The notes under the pieces: generated by a model | Told to the model about the DNA's origin: nothing | The model's input: only the letters and a program-made list of their open reading frames with translations | Databases searched by the model: none | Origin: Candidatus Omnitrophota bacterium | GTDB lineage: Bacteria; Omnitrophota; Omnitrophia; Omnitrophales; Aquincolibacteriaceae | NCBI GenBank assembly: GCA_030698625.1 | Contig: JAUYMS010000021.1 | Location: 6,227 to 70,226 of the forward strand | DNA: 64,000 nt | Reading direction: 5' to 3' | Position numbers and translations under genes: made by a program | Shown: positions 29,468-40,700 of the stretch, piece after piece | Layout of the letters: the number at the start of each line of letters is the position of its first letter | Position numbering within the stretch: the first letter of the stretch is position 1

Positions 29468-32268
29468 AGGCAACCGCCGAACCGGCGCTCTCGTCTGCCT
29501 ACATCGAAGTCTACGGCGCGCGCGAGCATAATCTTAAAAACCTCCGGGTCAAGATTCCGCGAAACAAATTCGTTGTGATTACCGGGCTTTCGGGATCCGG
29601 AAAATCCTCCCTCGCCTTTGATACCATTTATGCGGAAGGACAGCGCCGCTATCTGGAGAGCCTTTCCTCTTATGCCAGGCAGTTCCTGGAAAAAATCAAG
29701 AAACCGGATGTGGACTATATCTCAGGGCTATCGCCAAGCATTGCGATAGAGCAGCGTTCCGCTGCGCACAACCCGCGATCCACCGTTGCGACGGTGACCG
29801 AGATATACGACTACATGAGGCTGCTCTATGCCAAGGCGGGCGACATTTTCTGCCATGAGTGCGGCCGTGCGCTCGCAAGCCAGACGATCGGAGAGATTAC
29901 CTCAGACGTCCTTGATGATTTTTCCGGCACTGAAATCCGGATTTTGGCGCCGGTTGTGCGGGGTCGAAAGGGCGAATTTCAAAAGTTGTTCCAGAGCGTT
30001 TTGAAGAAAGGTTATTCGCGGGCGAGAATTGACGGCGTGATGACTGCCCTTAAGCCTGAACTGAAGCTTCGCAAGATGCACCGTCACGACGTTGAAGTGC
30101 TTGTCGATCACCTGTGCGCTGTGCGGGATTCCCATAAGCGCCTCCATGCTTCGATTACCGCGGCCACGGAACTGGCAGAGGGAAGCGTCATGATTCTGCC
30201 GGCAGCGACGAAGAAGCAGAGTAAGGAACGGCTTTTTTCGACGCGGCGCAGTTGTCCAGACTGCCAGATCAGTTACCCTGAGTTGACCCCGAATATGTTT
30301 TCCTTCAACAGTCCCTATGGTGCATGTCAGCGCTGCAAAGGCTTGGGTAAATATTCTCAGATACTTATCAAGGGTGTGGTCTCCGACGATTCAAAGCCGC
30401 TCATGAAAGGTGCGCTCAACGAAGAGGTGTTCTTTTCGTTTAATAAGTATTTCATTGAAGACCTTCTTTATGACCTTACGCAGAAGTATCATTTTGAATG
30501 GAGTCGTCCGCTTGCCGATTGGCCCGCAGAAGCCCGGGAAGCCTTCTTTTGGGGCGATGAGGAGCTCTCCGGATTCATGGGAGAACTGGAGCGGCTTTTT
30601 CATGAAACCAGTTCGGACGAAGTGCGGCGCAAAGTACGAAAATTCCTCCGTGAGGATCAGTGCCCGGATTGCCTGGGAAAACGACTGGCCAAGCAGAGTA
30701 TCGGTGTACGCGTTCAGGGGAAGAATATTGTTGAGGCCACCGAACAATCCGTAGACGAAGCGGTCGATTACTTCGACAAACTCAAATTTAGTGACAAACG
30801 AAAACCTATCACGGAACCTATTTTGAAAGAGGTGCGCGAACGGTTGCGGTTTCTGAAGAATGTGGGGCTTGGTTATCTCACTTTGGACCGGTCGGTGACG
30901 ACTCTGGCCGGCGGTGAAATACAGCGTATCCGCCTTGCGGCGCAGATCGGCGTCGGCCTGACCGGCGTTTTGTATGTGCTTGATGAACCAAGTATCGGCT
31001 TACATCCGCGAGACCACAGCAAATTACTCGACACGCTTACCCGGCTTCGTGATTTGCGCAATACCGTGCTGGTCGTGGAACACGACGCGGAGACCATGCG
31101 CCGGGCCGACTACGTCATCGATCTAGGGCCCGGAGCGGGACGTGCGGGCGGCACACTTGTGGCCGAAGGGGCACCTGAGGTTCTCGAGAAGGATGAGAAA
31201 TCTTTAACGGCTAAATACCTATCGGGTAGAGCGAGTATCCCCGTGCCGGCCTCGCGAAGTGATTGGCGCGGCCGACCCGTCATTCAATTGAAAGGTTGCA
31301 GCGAACACAACCTGAAGAATGTGACTGTCAGCATTCCGCTGGGGTTGTTTATATGCGTGACGGGAGTCTCGGGTTCCGGTAAAAGCACCCTTATCTACGA
31401 CACCCTGTATAAAGAGTTACACAATCGTTTATGGAAAACCGGATACCGGGTCGGCCGCTTTAAAAAAATGCTGGGCGCAGAGGCGGTCGACAAGATAATC
31501 GCCATAGATCAGTCACCGATCGGACGGACGCCGAGGTCGAACCCCGCGACATACACGGACTTGTTCGGTTTAATCCGCAAATTATTTAGTGAGTTGGCCG
31601 AATCAAAATTGCGCCGCTACTCGCTTTCACGCTTTAGCTTTAATCTCAAAGGCGGCCGTTGCGAAATTTGTAGAGGCGAAGGTTACGAAAAACTGCAAAT
31701 GAGTTTCATGCCTGACATCTATGTCTTATGTGAGACTTGCCGGGGAAAGCGCTATAACGAACAGACGCTTGAAGTCCGATACCGGGGTAAAAACATTGCT
31801 GAAATCCTGGATATGACCGTTGAAGAGGCCGTGGACTTTTTTTCGCATATTTCAACGATACAGACCCGTTTAGTCCTTTTAAAGACAATCGGCCTCGGCT
31901 ATGTCAAGTTAGGACAACCGTCCACTACGTTGTCAGGCGGTGAGGCGCAGCGCATTAAGATCGGTACGGAACTCAGCAAGAAGACGACGGGGAAGACGAT
32001 GATTCTGCTCGACGAGCCTACGACGGGGCTTCATTTTGCGGATATTGAAAATCTCCTGACGGCCCTTTTCCAACTACGGGATCAGGGCAATACCGTCATC
32101 GTCATAGAGCATAATTTGGATGTCATCAAGACGGCTGACTATGTCATCGATCTGGGGCCGGAGGGGGGCGCCGGAGGCGGGAAGCTCATTGCCTGCGGGA
32201 CGCCCGAAGAAGTGGCGTCCACCAAGGGATCTGCCACCGGGGCTTATCTTAGCGACGTTTTGAAATAA
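29464..32268 (+). CDS. uvrA: Excinuclease ABC subunit A
   Basis: [18 protein letters not shown], zinc fingers, second ABC domain [26 protein letters not shown]. Confidence 0.97.
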   Translation: MKATAEPALSSAYIEVYGAREHNLKNLRVKIPRNKFVVITGLSGSGKSSLAFDTIYAEGQRRYLESLSSYARQFLEKIKKPDVDYISGLSPSIAIEQRSAAHNPRSTVATVTEIYDYMRLLYAKAGDIFCHECGRALASQTIGEITSDVLDDFSGTEIRILAPVVRGRKGEFQKLFQSVLKKGYSRARIDGVMTALKPELKLRKMHRHDVEVLVDHLCAVRDSHKRLHASITAATELAEGSVMILPAATKKQSKERLFSTRRSCPDCQISYPELTPNMFSFNSPYGACQRCKGLGKYSQILIKGVVSDDSKPLMKGALNEEVFFSFNKYFIEDLLYDLTQKYHFEWSRPLADWPAEAREAFFWGDEELSGFMGELERLFHETSSDEVRRKVRKFLREDQCPDCLGKRLAKQSIGVRVQGKNIVEATEQSVDEAVDYFDKLKFSDKRKPITEPILKEVRERLRFLKNVGLGYLTLDRSVTTLAGGEIQRIRLAAQIGVGLTGVLYVLDEPSIGLHPRDHSKLLDTLTRLRDLRNTVLVVEHDAETMRRADYVIDLGPGAGRAGGTLVAEGAPEVLEKDEKSLTAKYLSGRASIPVPASRSDWRGRPVIQLKGCSEHNLKNVTVSIPLGLFICVTGVSGSGKSTLIYDTLYKELHNRLWKTGYRVGRFKKMLGAEAVDKIIAIDQSPIGRTPRSNPATYTDLFGLIRKLFSELAESKLRRYSLSRFSFNLKGGRCEICRGEGYEKLQMSFMPDIYVLCETCRGKRYNEQTLEVRYRGKNIAEILDMTVEEAVDFFSHISTIQTRLVLLKTIGLGYVKLGQPSTTLSGGEAQRIKIGTELSKKTTGKTMILLDEPTTGLHFADIENLLTALFQLRDQGNTVIVIEHNLDVIKTADYVIDLGPEGGAGGGKLIACGTPEEVASTKGSATGAYLSDVLK

Positions 32269-32366
32269 GTTGAAAGGGCTGCTTTGATCTGTTATATTCG
32301 TGCCCGGTCTGAGCTCTAACAATAGTAACTTCCGAGACTTAAGCAAACGTTTTTTAAGGAGAAGGC

Positions 32367-32588
32367 ATGATCAGTATCACGGAAATTGGCATCGCCGCAG
32401 GGGATATATGGCACTATCTGGACGAAAACGGTGAAGCCACTCTAGATCAGTTGGAAAAAAAGATTGCCAAGAAGCGTGAGCTCATCCTGATGAGTCTCGG
32501 ATGGCTGGCCCGTGAAGGCCATGTCACAATCGGTAACCCTGAAGCTGGTTTTCCCGCTAAACTCGCAAAACGTCAACCTCAACTATAG
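32367..32588 (+). CDS. Small winged-helix protein (DUF2582-like)
   Basis: IGIAAGDIWHYL...LGWLAREG; RBS AAGGAG. Confidence 0.8.
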   Translation: MISITEIGIAAGDIWHYLDENGEATLDQLEKKIAKKRELILMSLGWLAREGHVTIGNPEAGFPAKLAKRQPQL

Positions 32589-32607
32589 TTCCTAACCCTT
32601 CCTCATT

Positions 32608-32925
32608 TTGTCAGCCATTCTAGTTCTGACAACCGTTCCCAATCGCAAAGAGGCACGTAAAATTGCCGATCGGGTGCTGTCCGCCCGCGTTGCCGCCTGC
32701 GTCAATATCCTTTCTGGGATCGAGTCGCATTACTGGTGGCAGGGCAAGAAGGAAAAGGCGGGAGAGGTGGCGCTGCTTATCAAGACACGCAAGTCCCTTT
32801 ACAAGCAACTGGAAAAAGTGATTTTAAAAGTGCACTCCTATGGTACTCCAGAGATCATTGCATTCCCGATTTCAAATGGGAATCCTGCCTATCTAAAATG
32901 GCTCAGAAGTGAGACTAAGTCTTAG
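32608..32925 (+). CDS. cutA: Divalent-cation tolerance protein CutA
   Basis: AACVNI, SHYWWQG, LIKT, HSY.TPEII, YLKWL. Confidence 0.92.
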   Translation: MSAILVLTTVPNRKEARKIADRVLSARVAACVNILSGIESHYWWQGKKEKAGEVALLIKTRKSLYKQLEKVILKVHSYGTPEIIAFPISNGNPAYLKWLRSETKS

Positions 32926-32943
32926 ATTCTAAGTCTATTCTGC

Positions 32944-33410
32944 AAGGACGGCCAGGAAACACTCCTCCGCAGGTTCCGACAGCGTTGTTCTCACCTCTCG
33001 GGTTGCGCCCACCGGGAGACGCTTCGCGAGGCAAAAACAAGTCTGTCCGAAACGCTACGGATTTCTTGGCCTATCCTGCCCATCAAAGTCCTGCCGAAAA
33101 CCGGTGACTTTGATACACGCCGATACGGCCAGCGAGCTCCTCCGCATGTTTCTGACAGCCTTGTTTTCACCTCGCAGGCCTGGGATGTTTGCGGCGAAAG
33201 GAAGGACGGCCAGGGGATACTCCGGAAAAACAATTAGCGCTGTTTGCGGAGACGAGGTGATAAATTTTTGGGGCGACAGTCCCAAAAATTAACTCCGAGC
33301 GCAGCAGCGCGTTTTGGAGGAGTGTTTCCTGGCCGTCCCGCGCTAGCGTTTCGGACGGACTCTTTTTTACCGCGTAGCGCGCGTCAGAGGAGTGTTTTCG
33401 GTTCGTCCTT
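32944..33410. repeat. MITE/REP-like intergenic repeat, copy 2 (nested/composite)
   Basis: Perfect 23-bp inverted repeat GGACGGCCAGGAAACACTCCTCC at 32946-32968 / 33316-33338; extra degenerate right end at 33387-33410; core shared with 10914-11110; lies between convergent cutA and the XRE gene. Confidence 0.82.
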
Positions 33411-33447
33411 CGGTGAGTGAAGGAGAAATACCTCTATGAGGGCGATG

Positions 33448-34005
33448 CTAGATCTTCGAGGGTGAAACCGTAACGAGGGTTCGTGCGGGTTTATCTTGCG
33501 GATTGCTGAGCTTGTGCGGAAAAGACGCATCAAAGTAAAGCGTTTCACCCGTCTTCAATGTGAATTCCTGCTGATCAACCCGGACTTTAACTTCCCCTTC
33601 CAACTGATAGAGAAATTTTTCCACACCGCGTTCCTGACTTTCCAATGAGGTCTCGGCATTCCTGGAAAGAGTGATTAAAAGCGGAGTGATCTTTTTCTTT
33701 GAGCTTTCTGCCGTGAGCAGCTCAATCTGAACCCCTTTTTCCTGATGATGCGCCCTTCGCTCTGCGTCCTTTTGGAGGTGGGCTGTTTGTTCATAACGGG
33801 AGTCAATGCCTGTGTAGAGGTCCGCCAAGCCTATTCCGAGGACTTCCGAGATGAGTTCATGACTTTCGATGGTGCCCGTCATCACGCCAGTCTCAATCCG
33901 GGATAGCGTAGCCTGCGCAATCTTGGTCCTTTTGGAGAGCTCCACGAGGGTAATTCCCTTGTCTTTGCGCAGGGTTCGAAGGCGTTTTCCGAGGTTTTTC
34001 AGCAT
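33448..34005 (-). CDS. XRE-family HTH transcriptional regulator with cupin sensor domain
   Basis: LGKRLRTLRK...LSRIETG HTH; cupin motifs EKFLYQLEG, GETLYFDA..PH. Confidence 0.9.
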   Translation of the reverse strand: MLKNLGKRLRTLRKDKGITLVELSKRTKIAQATLSRIETGVMTGTIESHELISEVLGIGLADLYTGIDSRYEQTAHLQKDAERRAHHQEKGVQIELLTAESSKKKITPLLITLSRNAETSLESQERGVEKFLYQLEGEVKVRVDQQEFTLKTGETLYFDASFPHKLSNPQDKPARTLVTVSPSKI

Positions 34006-34090
34006 GAATCATGATAATCAGGGAATCGGGATTATTCAAGGGCATTATGATAAAGTTGCAATTTATGTATGCGTAATAGCAAAATATTAA

Positions 34091-34119
34091 TTGACAAATA
34101 ATTATATTATGGGTATTCT
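34091..34119 (+). promoter_or_regulatory. sigma70-type promoter for comEA in AT-rich divergent region
   Basis: TTGACA-N17-TATTCT; strong RBS AAGGAGGT before ATG 34151. Confidence 0.55.
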
Positions 34120-34150
34120 CCACCTAATTCTAAATAAGGAGGTGAAGCCA

Positions 34151-34471
34151 ATGCAAAACGTATTAACCAGATCAAGGTGGTTCCAGGCTTTCCTGGTACT
34201 GACCCTTCTTCTTGGCGGTACTTCGCTACTCCCGACCCCTTGGGCCTACGGGGCTCCCGTGAATACGTCTCAGAACGCAGGTCAAATCAGCGTGAATGAG
34301 GCGAATTTTGAGGAACTCCAGGCCATACAAGGCGTTGGGCCGGCCGTTGCACGCCGGATTATTGAGTACCGTGAAGCAAACGGGCCATTTAGGCTCCTTG
34401 GAGATTTGACCCTGGTCCGCGGAATAGGAACGGTCAAGTTTCTTCAGATCAAACCACAAATCAGGTTATAA
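34151..34471 (+). CDS. comEA: ComEA-like helix-hairpin-helix DNA-binding protein with signal peptide
   Basis: ISVNEA..EELQAIQGVGPAVARRIIEYREANGPF...L..VRGIG. Confidence 0.85.
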   Translation: MQNVLTRSRWFQAFLVLTLLLGGTSLLPTPWAYGAPVNTSQNAGQISVNEANFEELQAIQGVGPAVARRIIEYREANGPFRLLGDLTLVRGIGTVKFLQIKPQIRL

Positions 34472-34506
34472 CAACAACCGAGGAAGCAAAATCGAGGTTT
34501 GACAGG

Positions 34507-34543
34507 ACAAAACCCCCGCCTCACCGGCGGGGGTTTTGTATTT
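34507..34543 (+). terminator. Rho-independent terminator (possibly bidirectional) after comEA
   Basis: Perfect 14-bp stem ACAAAACCCCCGCC-tcacc-GGCGGGGGTTTTGT followed by ATTT. Confidence 0.85.
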
Positions 34544-34716
34544 GCAATGTATAGCATGAGCTAGAGCATACAAGTTTAATTCCGCATCTGTTTGTATTCA
34601 CGCCTAAGGCCGCGCAACTTTCCGTAAGTCGTTTGTAAATCAAGTACTTACAAGCTAACCTTTACGACACACTAGATTTTTTGAAAGTTACCTGAAAGAC
34701 CAGGATAACGTCAAGC

Positions 34717-34735
34717 GAATGCAAGACTTGCATTC
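34717..34735. promoter_or_regulatory. Palindromic operator-like site upstream of the giant gene
   Basis: GAATGCAAG-A-CTTGCATTC perfect 9-bp inverted repeat, 33 nt before the ATG. Confidence 0.5.
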
Positions 34736-34768
34736 ATTTTTAGGAGAAGACCACACCTTCAAGAAAAA

Positions 34769-37700
34769 ATGAAATCGAGACGTCTACTAAAACTCATAGC
34801 CATTGTCACATCACTTTGTTTTCTCTGTGAGCAAACCTTGTATGCCGATATGGCAGCGAGCGTTCACCGCTTTGCGAATGCTAGCAAAACAGAATTCGAT
34901 ATCCCTGCATCAATTCAGGCGACGCTTCCGTCCGAGCTAGGGTTTGTTGAGGAAGTCTGGATTCCCGCGGAGTCCCCTGAACAATTCCGTTCTGTCGTTC
35001 TGATTCAGGATGCCCACGGGCAGTACGGTGCCCAGAAGAATATCGAAGGAGTTCTCGAGTTTCTTCGCGAAAAATACAAGCTCTCTGCGATTTTCATCGA
35101 GGGAGGTGCAGGGCGCCTCGAACCGGAACGCTTAAGATTTTTTCAAGAAGACGAGTTCAACCGCGAAGCTGCCGATCTTTTGACTCGCGAATCCGAGATC
35201 GGCGGCCCTGAGATCTTTCTCCTACTTGACTCGATCGCAAGACGAAAACCCGTTCCGGCTTTTGGCGCTGAAGTTCCGGATCTTTACCTCGACAACCTCG
35301 AAGCTTACCGTGCCGTCATGGCTCGCAAGGAAACCACCGATCGATTCCTCGAAAACGAAATTTCTACACTTGTCTCCGACTGCTCCCGGATCTTCAGGCC
35401 TGAGCTGCAGAAGTTTTTCAAGAATTGGCTTCTCTACGAACGGGAAGAAGTCGATTTTAACCATTATTTGGATGTGATGACTAAGCAGGCTCAAGAGAGT
35501 CTCGGCGTGGACCTCAGAGATCCTCGCGAACAGATCGAATGGCCGATGCTCGTGCGTCTGGCTGAAGTGAGAGCCAGAGAGAAGGGGCTCGATTACGAAA
35601 AAGCGAATCAAGACCGGCTGCGTTTGCTTGAGTGGAGTCGGGATAATCAGATCGATAACTCTCTTAGTGGATTCCTCGAAGCGGAGATGAGGAAGGAAAT
35701 TCAGGACAGGCGCTCTTTCTGGGAGCTTTTTTATGCCGAAGCCAATCCGAAGGGGTTTGAGTTCGGTGAGTACCGTGACTTGGCTCTCTCGGAAGGGTTC
35801 CATATTCTGCGGAGTGAAATCGATTCCAAAAGACTCTTTCGCGAGATCGATCTTCTTCGTGACCGTACGCTCGTGGCGTTGGCCACCGATGCGGCCGAAC
35901 ATGAGCTCGTGAACCGGTTTCGTACCCACCTGCTCCTAAGAAAACTCTTCAAACTCGAACTCAGCCGTGAAGAGTTTGATCTGCTTAAAGATTCGGCCTC
36001 CGGCACCGTCATGGCTTCTAGTGAAGTTGAGGAAGTCTATGCGGACGCTCTTAGATTTTACCAACTGGCTCGCCGACGCGAAGACGCCATGGTCGAACAG
36101 ATTTTTAAACAACTGCAGGATGACAGCAGTCTCAAAAACATCGCACTTGTCGCCGGCGGGTTTCATACCCAGGGGCTCACGTCGCTTCTGAGAAAATCCA
36201 GAGTCCCTCATGCCGTTGTTAGCCCTCATATCCGGGAAATAGAAGATCACGACAAATACCGCGCCTCACTCATGGGCGAAGCGCCTGTCCTGGATCTGGA
36301 GCAGTATCACTTGCGCGGAATCAACTTTATCGTCGCCGACGGCGTATGGAACGGCCGTCTTCCTCAGGATGTTCGTGATCGCCGCGCCGCGGTTGTTAAA
36401 GCCGTTATTGCCAGCGTACTTGCACGCGGGGCGACACTTTTGAGTGGGCCCAAAAGGTCGGAACTGCGTGCTTCCGAACCGACTCCCGCAGCAATGGAAG
36501 CCGCCCGGCAAATGTACGATCTTGTTAGTGCTGACTTCGTCGCGACGCGTGCCATGCTCGCAACCGTTCGTGACGGAAATGTGCCGGCGATGTCAATCGT
36601 CGCCATGCGACTTCTTGACATTGCTCTTGAGGAGTTTCCCGCTACGCGGGCCGTCGACAATCTCGGTGCCTTGGGATCTTATCTGGCCAGCTTAAAACGG
36701 TCGGCACGGTCCGAGCTCAGGACGTCTTCGGGGCGTAGAAGGACCCATCGCGTTTCCGTGAAACCCGATCTGACCTATTCCGTGGAAATGGTCGAAGACC
36801 TCTTGGATCCAAAGAATCAAATCCTTAAGGAGGAAATCAGCAATAGAAAGACCTTGGTCGTACTGGATCGCGGCATAGGCGAAAGGCAAATAGCAAAGGT
36901 TAAAGATTACTTCAGGGAATCCAAAATCAGGGCTGCCTTTGTCGAACTCGAAGGTGGAGAGGCCGTCAAAGACGGAGAAGAAGGGAGAAAGAACATAGAC
37001 TTAATAGCGCGTAAAGCGGAGGCATTCGAGTTGGACCGTAAAGCGGTCATTGTGATAGTCGGAGGCGGTGCCGTGCTGGACGTGGCGGGGCTTGCGGCAA
37101 GCCAACTTCATCGCGGCGTTCCCTATATTCGCATTCCGACTACATTGCTGGCCCAAATCGATGCCGGAATTGGCGTTAAGACCGGTATCAATTACTTTGA
37201 TCAGAAGAATTTTTATGGGACCTTTTATCCGCCTCAGTCGGTATTGGTGGACCCGCAACTCTTAGCTTCCCTCGACGAACGGCAAATGCGCTCGGGCCTG
37301 GCCGAAGCCGTGAAAGTCGCGCTCATGAAAGATTCCCGCTATTTTGACTTGCTCGAGCGAGGTTATGAGGACGTTTTGGGTAAGAATTTCAGCGGTGATA
37401 GTGCGGCGCTCGATATCATGTGGCGCTCCATCATCCTGCATCTCGAGCAAATCAAGACCGACCCCTTTGAAACTAAACTCACCCGGCCGCTCGACTACGG
37501 CCACGAATACGGGCATCGCTGGGAAAGGGTAACGCTCGAGAAATTCGGGAAATTCGGCGAGGCGCACGTCGCGACCCACGGCGAGGGCGTATGGTTCGGC
37601 ATGGCGATAGACACGGTGATTTCCTGGCAGCGGGGTTATATTACCGCCGCACAGCGCGATCGCGTCCTCAACCTCATAGATGCCATTGGTTATAACAACA

Positions 37701-40700
37701 CTGCGGTCGGTGCGATTCCTACCTATGACTCCCGTGCTACGGTCAACGCCCTTTGGCCGGGCGTGGAAAGTTTTCGCAGGCATCTAGGCGGCAAACTCAC
37801 GATATCTCTGCTGGCCGCTATCGGCGAGAAAAAAGACGTCACGCAACTGCATAAGGCAGCGCTGGGTAATGCCCTGCGTTTTCTGAAGAAACGCGCCGCG
37901 GTACGGTCCGAGCTGCGCAACGGGAATAAATTGGTTTTTGCGGGCCACAAATTGACCGAAGCCGATTTGCCCGATCCTGACGCATTCCGGATTTTGTTCG
38001 GAGAGGCGGGCGAAAAGGTTGATGCGGGGCTCGACCTCCCGCAGCGCTCGGAGCTGCGCTCGACTGGCTCGACTTCCGACGAGTTTGCCAAAGAGGAAAA
38101 CTTTCTCAGGACCGAGGCCATGATTGCCCATTTGTATACGGGGCGTGTCATCGAGTCATTGAGCCGAAACCAGATTCCCACGTGGATCACCGGTTTTTTT
38201 CATGACAAGGTTGTTAACGGCAAGAAAAGAGAATCCGTCCTGACAGCGGCGAGGCGGTATTTTCGGCGCAACCTGGCCAGGGGCGTTGCATCTGTGTTAG
38301 GGTTGACGGGCTACTGGGGAGCGATCAAATCGACTGCGGCCGACCGGTATATTTTTTGGCTCGACAACGACGAAGAGCTGCAAGCCTCGGGCATGGAGCC
38401 CGTTCTTATTCACGGTGATGATTACCGCATGGACAAGATACCGTTGAGTGAAGCGCCTTCCGACATCCGCGAGCAGTTTGAAACCCTTCAGCATGCGATG
38501 ATTTTGGCGGAGCGCTTGAAGTTGGAAGACGCCGACAACCCCGAGGGAGATGCCATTGCCCAGGGAATCAGGCAGTCCTACCGCGAATTCTCAAGACGCC
38601 TCTACGACCTCGGACTGCGCATTTACGATCTGCATGAAGGTAAGGTCGGGCTGGAATTGGAACAGGTCTTCGATTTCCGCCGCCTTGCCCACCTCATGCT
38701 TGCACTCAAGGGCAAAATTCACAGCACCTATGACCGCGGCCTCATGACCGAAGCGGAATACCGTGAAGCGCATTACCGCCCGATCGCCGATTCGCGGACC
38801 CGCAAGCTTCACCGTATCGCGCTGGGTGAGAACGGCCGGCCGCGCTATCTCCTGGGCCTGGCGCATCCGATTTATGCGGAAATCGTCGAAAACGGCGGAG
38901 GGGCGGCCGTATTAGAATTTCGCCGCCAGACAGAAAGCGGCAAAATTGAAGAAGTCTCGCTTAATGAAATCGACGACAAGACGGAGTTCTTCGAACGTGA
39001 CGTGGCGCTCGACCCCGAAGTAGACGTTCGCGCTGACGGTAGCCGCCGCTACCGCCTGCATTTCGGCCGGGAGATGCGCTATGAAGAAGACTCGCATATC
39101 GATCTTATCCTTTCGGCGGACGGCACAAAGCTAACGATTGAATACGAACAAGGGGAGCCCGCTCTTTACGTCTCTATTCCTTTAACGAAATGGCGCATTC
39201 GGAACCGTTTCGTGGTGGGGGCTGCGGTTGCGCTGCGGCACTGGACCCGGGGGTGGATCAATCTTGTGCGTAGTACGCCGACCGGTCTCGAGCCCGTGGC
39301 CCTCAAACATTATGACTTTCCGGCCAAAGTGTTGATCCGCCACAAGCCGACGCCCACCAAGCTGTATTTTGTCGAGTCTCTCCTGCTCCCGTTGCTCAGT
39401 GACGAGTACCCCGAAATTCGTTATCCCGGTGTCTACGACGATCTGGTGTTCAACAGCGGTAATTTCTGGGTACGGCTGCTGCGTGTGATGCACCGCGCTG
39501 AGGCAGCGGAACCGGGCCGGAAGGGCCCGCTGGAAGATGTCAAAAACATGCGCACGGAACGCCACTTTGTGCTCGAGGACGGCCGTCTCCAAGAGCGAGC
39601 CGGCGAATCGCGAGTCGTCTTGAGCACCCACAGCCGCATCGAAGAGCTTTTCCGCTTGTGGCTTTACGATTACCTGAACGAAGTCGAAGCGGCAGACACT
39701 ATTGAGGAGGAATTTGCGATGGATTCGCGCGCCCTGGATTCTGAGCTCAACGATGTGCTCCGCCGGACCATCGAAGAAAAGATCCGAAAAGCCGGGCTTG
39801 AGCTAAATGCGACCATTCATTCCGTCAACGGCGTTCAGGCGGCAGAGGTCGGCGATCTCCTGATCAAATTTATGCGCGTTCCCAAAGAAGAAGGCGTTTA
39901 TGAATTGAGTCCGGCCTTGCAGCGATTCTATGAGGAGCGTATCAAGCCGGGGGCTGGAATGGAGTTCATCGCAGGCTCGCTTGTTGATCTGTCGGGGCTT
40001 GGGCCCATCAGGCTCCGGGATGAAGACGGGCAGGAGCAGACCATTCGGCTGGGGACTGTGCTCGTGCAGCCGCGGGCCATGAGCCTGCGCGAATTTCTTT
40101 GGCGTCTCGACGAGGGGATCGAGCAGGCGCGCGCCTTCGCCGACGGGGACCGCGAACGGGACTACATGCGCTTGGCCGAGTCTTTGCTCGAGCAATCGAT
40201 TCGAGACGATATCGCGCTGGGGCGGCAAGGCCTTGTCAACACCCGGCCGCACCGCAACTTCCATCAAAAGGACGTCTTTACGCGGCACGGAACGGCCATG
40301 CCGTTTCATGCGTCACTCAGCAGTTTGAGTGTCCGCATGGAAGATTACGATCCGGCGGGCTATTACCGGGTTCTCGATGATACGTCCGGAGGGAAGTCCG
40401 TTGTTCCGCCGCGTTTTCAAGCCACCTATCGCAAGCTGCTCGACCGGTTGCTGCCGAGTAAGAAACGGTTTGAGAGGCGTATTTTCGGCAGGAATCCCGA
40501 GAAACACCGTGTCTCGCGCACGATAGACTGGGAAATCGCCCGCGCTGCCATCAACTACATCGCAGAGCGTATGCTTCCCGTGAAGTTCCGTCTCCTGCGC
40601 GAGCGTCAGATCGAGCCGCTATTGGCCTCCGATAATGCGCTTGCGGAATTTAAGGGCGTTTCGTTTGAAACGGCGCGGAAGCGGCTGCTCGCTTATGTGT

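Noticed and set aside
10833-33410. Repeats considered as CRISPR, tRNA or IS
   Set aside because: No regularly spaced direct repeats with spacers, no cloverleaf, and no transposase or cas gene seen.
39850-40330. Possible protein-kinase-like fold (LLIKF, VLVQP..SLREFL, LGRQGLVN)
   Set aside because: No HRD/DxxxxN or DFG equivalents visible; too weak without a profile search.
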